From Gemmatimonadales bacterium (GTDB lineage: Bacteria > Gemmatimonadota > Gemmatimonadetes > Gemmatimonadales > GWC2-71-9): a DNA stretch of 51,064 nt. The notes under the pieces are model-generated. The model saw nothing but the letters and a program-made list of their open reading frames with translations. It did not search any database and had not been told where the DNA came from. Shown piece after piece: positions 15,189-23,475 of this stretch. How positions within the stretch are numbered: position 1 is the stretch's first letter; each line of letters opens with the position of its first letter. Position numbers and translations under genes: made by a program. The DNA is taken from positions 1-51,064 of the forward strand of contig DASTAN010000151.1 of NCBI GenBank assembly GCA_035712665.1. Reading direction: 5' to 3'.

Positions 15189-15862
15189 CGCTCGAGCTGG
15201 AGGCCCTTCTGACCTCGGCGCGGGCCCCGGCGATGGCGATGACCGTCGCGAGCATCGCAACGGTGGTCGCGATCGGCGATCCGCGTCATCCCCGCCTTCG
15301 CCAGTGGCGTTGGTTGTGGCTCTTCCTTGTCCTGAACGCCGTGTTCAACAGCCGGTCGTTTCTGCCGCAGGAGTGGGCGGCGCCGTTCGGCAGGATCACC
15401 ACGAGCGTCGGACGTCTCCTGTACATGCCGCCCCTCCTGCTCGGACTGGCATCCATCATTGCGCACGGAGGGTACCGGCGTTATGCGCGGATCGGCGCGT
15501 TCGTCCTCGCCATGCAGCTGGTGGCGGCGCTGTTCGTGGGTGGCATCCTGCCGACGGGGGTGCCCATCCTCCGAACCGTTATCTCGACAGTGATCATCCT
15601 GGCAGTGGCCGCGCCTGCGGTCATCGCGAGGCTTCCGCGTGTCCGCGGCAGCATCCTCCAGGATCCGCCGATGATGGCCGCCATCGCGGCACTGTTGGCC
15701 TACGGGTCGCCGCTACTGTTCTCGCCAGCAGCGGCCGGACGAGGAACGGCAACCCCGGAGTACATCACGCTGCTGTGGCTCCGCAATCTCAGCTGGATCC
15801 TTGCCTATGCCATCTGGTGGTACGCCTTCCTCAAGGCACGCCGGGAGGAGCGCCCGGCCTGA
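15185..15862 (+). CDS. Hypothetical polytopic membrane protein (about 6 TM)
   Basis: 225 aa with repeated hydrophobic helices (WLWLFLVLNAVF, LLYMPPLLLGLASII, AFVLAMQLVAALFVGGIL, VISTVIILAVAAPAVI, MMAAIAALLAYGSPLLF, LSWILAYAIWWYAFL). It is translationally coupled to 14874-15188 and sits 23 nt before the kinase gene. Confidence 0.6.
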   Translation: MTLELEALLTSARAPAMAMTVASIATVVAIGDPRHPRLRQWRWLWLFLVLNAVFNSRSFLPQEWAAPFGRITTSVGRLLYMPPLLLGLASIIAHGGYRRYARIGAFVLAMQLVAALFVGGILPTGVPILRTVISTVIILAVAAPAVIARLPRVRGSILQDPPMMAAIAALLAYGSPLLFSPAAAGRGTATPEYITLLWLRNLSWILAYAIWWYAFLKARREERPA

Positions 15863-15885
15863 GGCCCAGCGGCTAGACTTCAGCA

Positions 15886-16590
15886 ATGGACGATCTCTTC
15901 CTCGTCGGGCTCCTCTCGCTCGTTGGCGGCGCGATTCTCGTCGCGACGCTGGTCGGGGTGATGGTGCTGCATCAGCGTCGCCTGGTCGCCTCGGCGCGCC
16001 GCTGGGGCCGCAAGCTGCTCGCGGCGCAGGACGCCGAGCGGGCCCGGATCGCCGCCGACCTGCACGACGACGTGGTGCAGCGGCTGACGCACGCGGGAAT
16101 GCTCGCCGCACGCGGCGAGGGCGACGCCGCCCACGCCACGATCGACACGATCGCCGCGGACCTGCGCTCGCTCGCGCGGGAGCTCCATCCTGCCGCCATT
16201 GACCGGGTGACGCTGGCGCAAGGACTCGAATCCCTGGTGCGCGAGGTGGCGACGGCGGCCGAGCTGCAGGTGCGGACGCGCATCGAGCCGATCACGGAGC
16301 CATCGCTCGAGGTGAAGCGCGCGGCCTATCGGATGGTGCAGGAAGCCCTCCGCAACGCCGTCAATCACGCCGGCGCGAGCGAACTCGAGCTGGTGGTGGT
16401 GCCGAGCGGCGCCGGGGTGTTGGTCGAGCTGCGCGATGACGGTCAGGGATTCGACGTCGGCGCGGCGGAAGCCGAATCGTTCGGCCTCCGCACCATGCGC
16501 GAGCGGGTGGAGACCGTCGGTGGGCGCTTCAGCATCACCAGCGCCGACGGCGAGGGGACCGCGATCAGCGCGCTGTTCGGCGGGGGTTAA
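15886..16590 (+). CDS. Sensor histidine kinase, HisKA_3/HATPase_c (NarX/LiaS-type), single N-terminal TM, no sensor domain
   Basis: Contains LAAQDAERARIAADLHDDVVQRL (HisKA_3 H-box), ...EALRNAVNHAGA... (N-box) and ...DDGQGF...GLRTMRERV...GG. No response regulator is seen in the window. Confidence 0.82.
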   Translation: MDDLFLVGLLSLVGGAILVATLVGVMVLHQRRLVASARRWGRKLLAAQDAERARIAADLHDDVVQRLTHAGMLAARGEGDAAHATIDTIAADLRSLARELHPAAIDRVTLAQGLESLVREVATAAELQVRTRIEPITEPSLEVKRAAYRMVQEALRNAVNHAGASELELVVVPSGAGVLVELRDDGQGFDVGAAEAESFGLRTMRERVETVGGRFSITSADGEGTAISALFGGG

Positions 16591-17567
16591 CCCCCGAACT
16601 CCCCCGCGAGAGCAGTGCGCGTCCGCTCCAGCAGCTTGATCGTGCGGCGGATCCCTTCGGGCTCGGGCAGCCGCTGCCCCTCGTACTCGACGCCGATCCA
16701 GCCGCGGAACCCCGCCCCGAGCACCAGCCGCAGCATCCGCGCGTAGTCGATGTCGACCTCCTCGCCGTCGTCACGGAAGTCGTGGCTCTTGGCGCTCACC
16801 GCCGCCGCCATCGGCATCATCTCCTCGACGCCGCGATAGGCATCGTACCGCTCGGTGGACGATACGGTGAAGTTGCCGAAATCCGGAAGGGTGCCGAGGA
16901 GCGGATGATCCGCGCGCTTGAGCACCTCCACCAGCCACGACGCGCGCGACGAGTAGCCGCCGTGGTTCTCGACCACCACCCGGAGCTTGAACTCTTCCGC
17001 CCGCTCGGCCAGCCGCCGGAGCCCGTCGGCCGCGAGCTTCGCCTGCTCCTCCGGCGTGCCCCGACTCTGCGCGTTGACGCGGATCATCGCGCAGCCAAGT
17101 CGTGACGCACAGCGCAGCCACCGGACGTGGTTCTCGATCGCCCTGGCGCGCGCCGCCTCGTCGGGATCGCCGAGCGCCCCCTCGAGGTCGCACATGATGA
17201 GGTGGTGGTAGACCCCCTCGCCCTTGGCACGGCGGTCGAGTTCGCCGAGCCACTTCGCGTCATCGGCCTTGCCGTACATCATCGTGTTGACGTACTCGAC
17301 CGCCTCGAGCCCGTACTCGCGTCGCGCAATGACCGGGAAATCGACCGGGAGTGCCGCCCCCTGCCAGAGCCGGTCGGGGTCGCTCCTGAAGAGCGCTTCC
17401 CGCTCGCTCCACGGCAGCGACAGTGCCTTCCCGAAGAAGGTGCGATGCAGCGACCACTGCGCGAGCGAGATGCGGAACAACGGTGCCTCCCGCGCGGCGA
17501 GACGATGCGGCATGGCCGCGGCCGCGGCGGCGGCGGCCATGAATTCGCGACGTGACAGGGACATCAT
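16587..17567 (-). CDS. Sugar phosphate isomerase/epimerase (xylose-isomerase-like TIM barrel) with twin-arginine signal
   Basis: Only the last 326 codons of ORF 16587-18272 are used. ATG 17567 ([18 protein letters not shown]) overlaps the upstream stop (ATGA). Shows TIM-barrel features ...IRVNAQ..., VVVENHGGY, GWIGVEYEG. Confidence 0.75.
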   Translation of the reverse strand: MMSLSRREFMAAAAAAAAMPHRLAAREAPLFRISLAQWSLHRTFFGKALSLPWSEREALFRSDPDRLWQGAALPVDFPVIARREYGLEAVEYVNTMMYGKADDAKWLGELDRRAKGEGVYHHLIMCDLEGALGDPDEAARARAIENHVRWLRCASRLGCAMIRVNAQSRGTPEEQAKLAADGLRRLAERAEEFKLRVVVENHGGYSSRASWLVEVLKRADHPLLGTLPDFGNFTVSSTERYDAYRGVEEMMPMAAAVSAKSHDFRDDGEEVDIDYARMLRLVLGAGFRGWIGVEYEGQRLPEPEGIRRTIKLLERTRTALAGEFGG

Positions 17568-19156
17568 CCCTCCGGGGAGACGGGCCGCACGGGAACGCCG
17601 GCACGATCGGCCGTGCGCTCGCCGTGCTCGAGTGCGAGCACGCCATTGACCGCGACGGCCACGATGCCGACCGGGTACCGGAACGGATCGTCGTAGGTCG
17701 CGCGATCGTTGACGGTGGCAGCATCGAGGACGACGATATCGGCGGGCGCGCCCACCGCGATCCGTCCGCGATCGAGCCGCAGCCGCGACGCGGGGAGCCC
17801 GCTCATCTTGTGGATCGCCGAGGCGAGCGAGAGCGTGCCGCGCTCGCGCACATAGCGGCCGAGGACGCGCGGGAACGAGCCGATGCCGCGCGGGTGCGGC
17901 GCACCGCGCCGCGTCGGGCCATCGATCGCGAACGCGCCGCCATCGCTGCAGACCATCCCGAGCCGATGCGCGAGGATGCGCTCGAGGTTCGCCTCGCTCA
18001 TCGCGAAACCGACCATCCCGACACTGCCGCGATTGCGGGTGATGAGTCCGACCGCCGCCTCGTACGGATCCTCGTTGCGGGCGGCGGCCCACGTGCCGAG
18101 ACGCTTCCCCTCGACGTCGCTGTCCTGCGCCTCGCGCACCGACGTGACCTGCACGTTGTCCCAGCCGCCGATCAGCTCGACCTTGGCGAGGGTCGCCTCG
18201 CGGATCCGTGCCGCGGTGGTCGAATCCTCGAGCCGTGCCAGGAAGGCATCGGTGCCGCCGTCGCGGCTCCACACCGGGAAGAGGTTGGTGAGCCCGGTCT
18301 GGTACGCGAGGTAGGGATAGCGGTCGAAGGCGATGCGCACGCCGCGGCGCTCGGCGGCCTCGATCGTCGTGAACACCTCATCGAGCACGCCCCAGTTGCG
18401 CGGCCCCTGGGTCTTGAGGTGCGAGATCTGCACGCCGCATCCCGCCCGCTCGCCGACGGCGATCGTCTCGCGGATCGCGTCGAGAAGGCGATCGTCCTCG
18501 TTCCGCATGTGGGAGGCGTACACGAGACCGCGGGTCGCCAACGGACGGGCCAGGGCGACGAGCTCGTCCGGACTCGCGAAGGCACCGGGGGTGTACTCGA
18601 GCCCTGACGACGCGCCGCACGCGCCCCCCGCGAGGGCCCGCTCGACGAGCTGCACCATCCGCGCGAGCTCATCCGGCGTGGCGGGGCGATCGTCCGCGCC
18701 CACGACCCCGCCGCGCACGGTGCCGAGGCCGACCATCGTCGCCACGTTCACGGCGGGGCGGATCGTCTCGAGCTTGGCGAAGTAGTCGCCGACCTCCAGC
18801 CGCGAGCCGCCATCCTGCCCCGCCACGATCGTGGTGATCCCCTGGCGGATGACCGACTCGGCCCGCGGATCGCTCTCGAGCGAGCCGTCGCCGTGCGAGT
18901 GGATGTCGACGAACCCTGGCGCCACGACGAGCCCACGCGCCTCGACCTCCCGGGTGCCTCGGCCAAGGGACGGGGCGAGGGCGGCGATGCGACCGCTCCG
19001 GACACCGACATCCACGGCGCGCGCCGCGCTGCCGAGGCCGTCGTGCACCGACCCGCCACGGATGACGAGGTCGAAGTCGGCCCGTCGCGCGTGCACGAAC
19101 GGGGCAGCCGGGAGAAGCGCCGCCGAGGCGGCCACGAAGTCACGACGCGAGAGCAC
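17564..19156 (-). CDS. N-acyl-D-amino-acid deacylase (D-aminoacylase), amidohydrolase superfamily, Tat signal
   Basis: GTG start giving [15 protein letters not shown]. Contains [10 protein letters not shown], ...YASHMRNE... and ...ISHLK..., typical of D-aminoacylases. Confidence 0.85.
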   Translation of the reverse strand: MLSRRDFVAASAALLPAAPFVHARRADFDLVIRGGSVHDGLGSAARAVDVGVRSGRIAALAPSLGRGTREVEARGLVVAPGFVDIHSHGDGSLESDPRAESVIRQGITTIVAGQDGGSRLEVGDYFAKLETIRPAVNVATMVGLGTVRGGVVGADDRPATPDELARMVQLVERALAGGACGASSGLEYTPGAFASPDELVALARPLATRGLVYASHMRNEDDRLLDAIRETIAVGERAGCGVQISHLKTQGPRNWGVLDEVFTTIEAAERRGVRIAFDRYPYLAYQTGLTNLFPVWSRDGGTDAFLARLEDSTTAARIREATLAKVELIGGWDNVQVTSVREAQDSDVEGKRLGTWAAARNEDPYEAAVGLITRNRGSVGMVGFAMSEANLERILAHRLGMVCSDGGAFAIDGPTRRGAPHPRGIGSFPRVLGRYVRERGTLSLASAIHKMSGLPASRLRLDRGRIAVGAPADIVVLDAATVNDRATYDDPFRYPVGIVAVAVNGVLALEHGERTADRAGVPVRPVSPEG

Positions 19157-19170
19157 GGGATCAACCTCGC

Positions 19171-19290
19171 GGGAGGCGGAGGGTGGAGGGTGGAGGGCTG
19201 GAACGGATCCGAGGAATCTACCCGCCCTTCACCCTTCAGCCGTCGCCCTCCACCCTTGACGTTCCGTCCCCCACCCCGTACCCTTCTTCC
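19171..19290. repeat. Heptamer-array inverted repeat R7 (GGAGGGT family)
   Basis: GGAGGCGGAGGGTGGAGGGTGGAGGGC (19172-19198) faces CCCTTCACCCTTCAGCCGTCGCCCTCCACCCTT... (19224-19290). It lies between the divergent D-aminoacylase and cspA genes. Confidence 0.8.
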
Positions 19291-19310
19291 AGCGCAGAAA
19301 GTTCAGCACA

Positions 19311-19342
19311 GGGCCTGGACGCGATTCGTGTCCGGCCCTTTT
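19311..19342 (+). other. Hairpin plus T4 in the region upstream of cspA (leader structure or orphan terminator)
   Basis: GGGCC(T)GGAC pairs with GTCCGGCCC, with a 9-nt loop, followed by TTTT (19339-19342). It is 118 nt before the cspA ATG. Confidence 0.35.
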
Positions 19343-19459
19343 GACTTTCTCGCCGCGCCAACGCGGGGGCGCACACGACCCGCAATTGGTACCGGCCGTC
19401 GGTGTGGACGCGATCTCGCACCCCTGGCAGTCAGTACATCAACACACCAGGAGTGCAGC

Positions 19460-19669
19460 ATGCGTATCACCGGCACGGTCAAGTGGTTCAACGACGCCAA
19501 GGGCTTCGGTTTCATCACCCCGGAGAACGGCTCGAAGGATTGCTTCGTCCACCATTCGGCCATCCAGGGCAGCGGCTTCAAGACGCTGGCCGAGGGTGAG
19601 CGGGTTGAGTTCGACATGGTCCAGGGCCAGAAGGGCCCGGCGGCCGAGAACGTCGCCCGCCTCGGCTGA
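19460..19669 (+). CDS. cspA: Cold-shock protein (CspA family)
   Basis: [65 protein letters not shown] carries the RNP1 (KGFGFI) and RNP2 (VFVHH-like) motifs. An AGGAG SD lies upstream. It is embedded in spurious ORF 18893-19669. Confidence 0.96.
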   Translation: MRITGTVKWFNDAKGFGFITPENGSKDCFVHHSAIQGSGFKTLAEGERVEFDMVQGQKGPAAENVARLG

Positions 19670-19711
19670 AGTCAGCCGGAGCACAATCGCGAGCTGCGGC
19701 TCGTGACCAAG

Positions 19712-19743
19712 GCGCCACCCCGATTCGTCGGGGTGGCGCTTTT
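19712..19743 (+). terminator. Rho-independent terminator of cspA
   Basis: GCGCCACCCCG-ATTCGT-CGGGGTGGCGC (11-bp perfect stem) followed by TTTT. Confidence 0.85.
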
Positions 19744-19796
19744 GGCATCCGGGACGCGATATCTTTCCCCGCATCCTTTCACATGAGAGCACTCCC

Positions 19797-21611
19797 GTGA
19801 CGAGCGCAGCCCGCGGCCTCGCGTTGGCCGGCCTGTTCCTCCCCGCCTCTCTCGCCGCCCAGGGCCCCGCCCGCCCCGTGTTCGTGGACGGGCAGGCACA
19901 GGTCGTCCCCGCCTTCGCCGACTCGACCCAGTGGATCCGCGAGCGGCTCTGGGTCGAGACCTCCTTCGACTCGGATGGCGATGGACGCCTTGATCGCGTG
20001 CACGTGGATGTGGTGCGGCCGCGCCAGACCGCGACCGAGGGGCTCAAGGTCCCGGTGATCTATGAGACCTCGCCCTACTTCGCCGGCACGAGCGGCCCAC
20101 GCCAGTTCCTCTGGGACGTGCGCCAGGAGCTCGGCGCCGAATCGCCGACGCGCACCACGCAGCCGGCGATCCCCTTCCAGCCGAACCGGACGGTCATCTC
20201 GACCTCGCAGGTGCGGACCTGGGTCCCGCGTGGCTTCGCGGTGGTGCACAGCGAGTCGCCGGGGACCGGCCTCTCGCAGGGCTGCCCGACGATCGGCGGC
20301 GACAACGAGGCGCTCGCGCCGAAGGCGGTCGTGGATTGGCTCAACGGGCGCGCCAAGGGCTTCACCGCGCCGGTCGGCGGCACCGAGGTGAGCGCCACCG
20401 CGTGGAGCACCGGCAAGGTCGGGATGACCGGCACCTCGTTCAACGGCACGCTGCCGCTGGCGGCCGCGACGACCGGCGTCGCCGGGCTCGAGGCGATCAT
20501 CCCGATCGCACCGAACACCTCGTACTACCACTACTACCGCTCGAACGGCCTCGTGCGGCACCCCGGCGGCTGGCTGGGCGAGGACATCGACTTCCTCTAC
20601 GACTTCGTCCACAGCGGCCCGATGGAACGGCGCGCGTGGTGCAACGCCAACGTGCGCGATGGCGAGATGGCCGCGGGCCGCGACCGCCGCACCGGCGACT
20701 ACAACCCGTTCTGGCGCGGGCGCGACTACCTGCCGAAGGTCGGCGGCGTGAAGGCGGCGGTGCTGATGGCGCACGCCTTCAACGACTGGAACGTGGTGCC
20801 GGAGCACTCGCTCCGCATCAGCACGGCGCTCAAGGCGCGCGGCATCCCGGTGCAGCAGTTCTACCACCAGGGCGGCCACGGCGGCGAGCCGCCGCTCACG
20901 CTGATGAACCGCTGGTTCTCGCGCTACCTGTACGGCATCGAGAACGGCGTCGAGCGCGACGCGAAGGCGTGGATCGTCCGCGAGGGCAAGCCGCGCACCG
21001 AGCCGACGCCGTATGCCGACTTCCCGAACCCGGCCGCGCGTCGCGTCGTGTGGCACCTCTCGGGCGACGGGCGCGGCATCGGCACGCTCGGTCCCGCACG
21101 CGGGCGCGGCACGCAGCAGCTGGTGGACAACGTCGACCTCGCGGGCGGCGAGCTCGCCGCATTGGCGACCTCGCCGAACCGCCTCCTCTTCGCGACGCCG
21201 GAACTCACGGCGCCGCTGCACCTGTCGGGGACGGCGCAGCTCACGATCCGGATGGCCGCGAACGTGCGCGCGGTGAACCTCTCCGCCTGGCTGGTGACGC
21301 TGCCGTGGGAAGGTCGCCCGACCTCGCTCGCGAGCGTGGTGACGCGCGGCTGGGCCGATCCGCAGAACCATCGCAGCCTCAAGGCGGGCGGCAACTACGA
21401 CGCGATGCAGCCCGGCGAACCGCTCGTGCCGGGGCGCTTCGTCGAGTTCACCTTCGACCTGCAGCCCGACGACCAGATCATCCCCGCCGGCAAGCGCCTG
21501 GCGCTGATGATCTTCTCGAGCGATCGCGACTTCACCCTCTGGCCGACCCCGGGATCGGTGCTCGCGGTGGACCTCGCGCGGACGTCGCTGGCGCTGCCGG
21601 TGGTGCGGTAA
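19797..21611 (+). CDS. Xaa-Pro dipeptidyl-peptidase / CocE-NonD family serine hydrolase (peptidase S15), secreted
   Basis: Signal peptide MTSAARGLALAGLFLPASLAAQG. Contains DRVHVDVVRP..., the nucleophile elbow GMTGTSFNG, and a C-terminal beta-sandwich domain. Confidence 0.82.
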   Translation: MTSAARGLALAGLFLPASLAAQGPARPVFVDGQAQVVPAFADSTQWIRERLWVETSFDSDGDGRLDRVHVDVVRPRQTATEGLKVPVIYETSPYFAGTSGPRQFLWDVRQELGAESPTRTTQPAIPFQPNRTVISTSQVRTWVPRGFAVVHSESPGTGLSQGCPTIGGDNEALAPKAVVDWLNGRAKGFTAPVGGTEVSATAWSTGKVGMTGTSFNGTLPLAAATTGVAGLEAIIPIAPNTSYYHYYRSNGLVRHPGGWLGEDIDFLYDFVHSGPMERRAWCNANVRDGEMAAGRDRRTGDYNPFWRGRDYLPKVGGVKAAVLMAHAFNDWNVVPEHSLRISTALKARGIPVQQFYHQGGHGGEPPLTLMNRWFSRYLYGIENGVERDAKAWIVREGKPRTEPTPYADFPNPAARRVVWHLSGDGRGIGTLGPARGRGTQQLVDNVDLAGGELAALATSPNRLLFATPELTAPLHLSGTAQLTIRMAANVRAVNLSAWLVTLPWEGRPTSLASVVTRGWADPQNHRSLKAGGNYDAMQPGEPLVPGRFVEFTFDLQPDDQIIPAGKRLALMIFSSDRDFTLWPTPGSVLAVDLARTSLALPVVR

Positions 21612-21615
21612 GTCA

Positions 21616-21713
21616 TAGGCCTTAGGCCTTAGGCCTTTAGCCTTAGGCCTTAGGCCTTAGGCCTTGAGCCTTGAGCCCTGAGGCCTGAGGCCTGAGCCCT
21701 GAGCCCTGAGACC
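21616..21713. repeat. 14-unit tandem heptamer array R8 (TAGGCCT drifting to TGAGCCC)
   Basis: Units read TAGGCCT x3, TTAGCCT, TAGGCCT x3, TGAGCCT, TGAGCCC, TGAGGCC x2, TGAGCCC x2, TGAGACC. It starts 5 nt after the S15 peptidase stop. Confidence 0.95.
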
Positions 21714-21734
21714 CTACGCCTTCCCGGAGTGTCA

Positions 21735-22190
21735 ATGACGATCGTCCTGGGTCTGCTGCGGCAGCTCGCGGCCTCGCACGACGGCGAGCCGTGGTACGGT
21801 CGCTCGCGTCGGGCCCTGCTGCGCGGCGTGTCAGCCGCTGACGCTGCCGCGACGCCGATCGCGGGTGCGCCGAGCATCTGGGGGACGGTGTTGCACCTCA
21901 CGGCGTGGACGCGCGAGGTGACGCGTCGGCTGCAGGGCAGCGCGCCGGGCGAGCCGGCGGAGGGGGACTGGCCGCCGGTGCCCGCCCCGACCGATCGCGC
22001 GTGGCGTCAGGCGCGCGCGGCACTGGGCGCGGCCCATGCCGACCTGCTCCGCGTGGCGCAGGGCCTGTCCGCGCGCGAGCTCGAACTCCCGGTCGGCAAC
22101 GGCGTCACGCGCGGGGAGATGCTGGTTGGGGTCGCGCAGCACGATGCCTACCACGCCGGACAGATCGCGTTGTTGAAGAAGGCGCTCTAG
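21735..22190 (+). CDS. DinB-family (four-helix bundle) protein
   Basis: ORF 21729-22190. ATG 21735 follows GGAG. Contains ...IWGTVLHLTAWTREV... and ...VAQHDAYHAGQIALLKK, typical of the DinB_2/DinB superfamily. Confidence 0.75.
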   Translation: MTIVLGLLRQLAASHDGEPWYGRSRRALLRGVSAADAAATPIAGAPSIWGTVLHLTAWTREVTRRLQGSAPGEPAEGDWPPVPAPTDRAWRQARAALGAAHADLLRVAQGLSARELELPVGNGVTRGEMLVGVAQHDAYHAGQIALLKKAL

Positions 22191-22193
22191 CCT

Positions 22194-22221
22194 CTCACGA
22201 CTCACGACCCACGACTCACAT
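22194..22221. repeat. Short heptamer tract R9 (CTCACGA x2, CCCACGA, CTCACAT)
   Basis: Reverse orientation of the GTGAGTC family. It lies between the convergent DinB and DUF1905 genes and overlaps the DUF1905 stop. Confidence 0.75.
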
Positions 22222-22494
22222 CAGCCTGTAGACAATCCGCACCGTCACCGCGTCGCCGTCACCCTTGGTGCCGCGGACGTGCTTCGGCACGGCGAGCAAG
22301 GTGCGGACCCCCTTGTCGCGCCAGGTGCTGGTCTCCCACGTGTGACCGTCCACGGTCGCCGTGACCGGCGTTCGACCCCAGCCCTCGGTCGTGGTCGGCG
22401 CATGCTCCTCGGGGATCGTCGCGAAGTGCCAGCCGCCCTTCCCCGCCGTGCGGAAGAGCACGCTGATGAACTCGCCGGAGTCGTACTGCATCAC
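22216..22494 (-). CDS. DUF1905-domain protein
   Basis: 92 aa. GKGGWHFATIPEE...VTATVDGHTWETS...LAVPKHVRGTKGDGDAVTVRI matches the DUF1905 pattern. Confidence 0.7.
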   Translation of the reverse strand: MMQYDSGEFISVLFRTAGKGGWHFATIPEEHAPTTTEGWGRTPVTATVDGHTWETSTWRDKGVRTLLAVPKHVRGTKGDGDAVTVRIVYRLM

Positions 22495-22784
22495 CCACGC
22501 CCCGACCGCTCGACCGCGCGCAGGTAACGATTCGCGACGGTTTCGAGTCGGTCATCCTCGCGTTCGATCGCCTCGTCGCGGAGCTGCGTCACCTCGGCCA
22601 CGAGGTGCGGCGCACCCCACGCCGTGCCGGTGGCCGACTCGGCCGACGCGATCTCGCCGATGCGCGCCGCCTCGAGCAGCGCGCGCGCCACCGCCAGCGC
22701 ATATCCGGGATCATCGCTCGACGGCAGCGGCCAGCGCGGCCCGGGGCGATCGCCGTCGTCCTCCTTCACGAAGGCGCGGGACAT
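22491..22784 (-). CDS. Hypothetical protein (97 aa)
   Basis: C-terminal part of ORF 22491-23240 starting at ATG 22784 (MSRAFVKEDDGDRPGPRWPLP...). Its start overlaps the upstream stop and its stop overlaps the DUF1905 start, so it is embedded in an operon. No motif recognised. Confidence 0.5.
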   Translation of the reverse strand: MSRAFVKEDDGDRPGPRWPLPSSDDPGYALAVARALLEAARIGEIASAESATGTAWGAPHLVAEVTQLRDEAIEREDDRLETVANRYLRAVERSGRG

Positions 22785-23431
22785 CAGCGCGCGACCAGCC
22801 GGCGATCGAGATAGCGTCCCCACGGGCCCAGGAGCCAGAGCGCGAGTGCACTCCACGCCACGGCTGTTGCCGAGGGCGGCGGCGGGGCCCACGGCTGGCT
22901 GACCCACATCGCGAGGAAGAGGAGCAACAGCGCCATGAACGCGATGACGCCTGCCCGCGTGGTGAAGCGGAACCCGCGCTGGTGTGCCCACACGGCTCCG
23001 AGCAGCAGGCCGCCTTCCAGGACGAAGGTTGCCCCGCGGCTGTTCCACACGCCGAGCCCGACCAGTGGCCCGCCGTTCCAGAGCGGCAGGTCGGGGCGGT
23101 GCACGATGGCGTCGAGTACCCAGTGGCTGGCGACCAGGGCACCAGTCATCAGCGCCGCGCGTGGGCCGAGGCCGAACCGTCGCGTGAGCATCGCGACCAG
23201 CACGCTCCAGCCGAGCACCGCGATGACGCCGTGGGTCCACGGGTAGTGCACGAACGCGAGGTTGGTGAAGGCCGTGTCGCCGGGATGCACCTCGACGCGC
23301 TCAACGCCGGCGAGGAGGAGGATCGGCCAGATCAGGTCGAGCCAGAACGCCGCCAGCAGCGCGACCCAGAGCGGGACAGCCGGTTCGACGCGCCGGGCGA
23401 CGAGGGCAGCACCCAGGTGTCCGATGAGCAT
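22784..23431 (-). CDS. Membrane-bound metal-dependent hydrolase-like protein (YdjM/DUF457-like)
   Basis: 215 aa from ATG 23431 (MLIGHLGAALVARR...). It is polytopic, with conserved His/Asp positions (HPGD, HYPWTHG, SHWVLDAIVH). The rest of ORF 22784-24346 overlaps the PBP gene out of frame. Confidence 0.55.
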   Translation of the reverse strand: MLIGHLGAALVARRVEPAVPLWVALLAAFWLDLIWPILLLAGVERVEVHPGDTAFTNLAFVHYPWTHGVIAVLGWSVLVAMLTRRFGLGPRAALMTGALVASHWVLDAIVHRPDLPLWNGGPLVGLGVWNSRGATFVLEGGLLLGAVWAHQRGFRFTTRAGVIAFMALLLLFLAMWVSQPWAPPPPSATAVAWSALALWLLGPWGRYLDRRLVAR

Positions 23432-23475
23432 CCTCGATCTCCTCTCGGCGCGTGGGGCGACGCGCCGGCAGGAGA

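Noticed and set aside
16587-18272. 561-aa ORF read as one gene
   Set aside because: Only the last 326 codons (from ATG 17567, with a Tat-type signal and start/stop overlap with the D-aminoacylase gene) look like a protein. The upstream part overlaps the D-aminoacylase gene in another frame.
21616-21713. Tandem array, and the other heptamer arrays, as a possible CRISPR locus
   Set aside because: The units are 7 nt with no unique spacers, there are no cas genes, and the arrays are scattered in many intergenic regions. This is a simple-sequence/REP-like class, not CRISPR.
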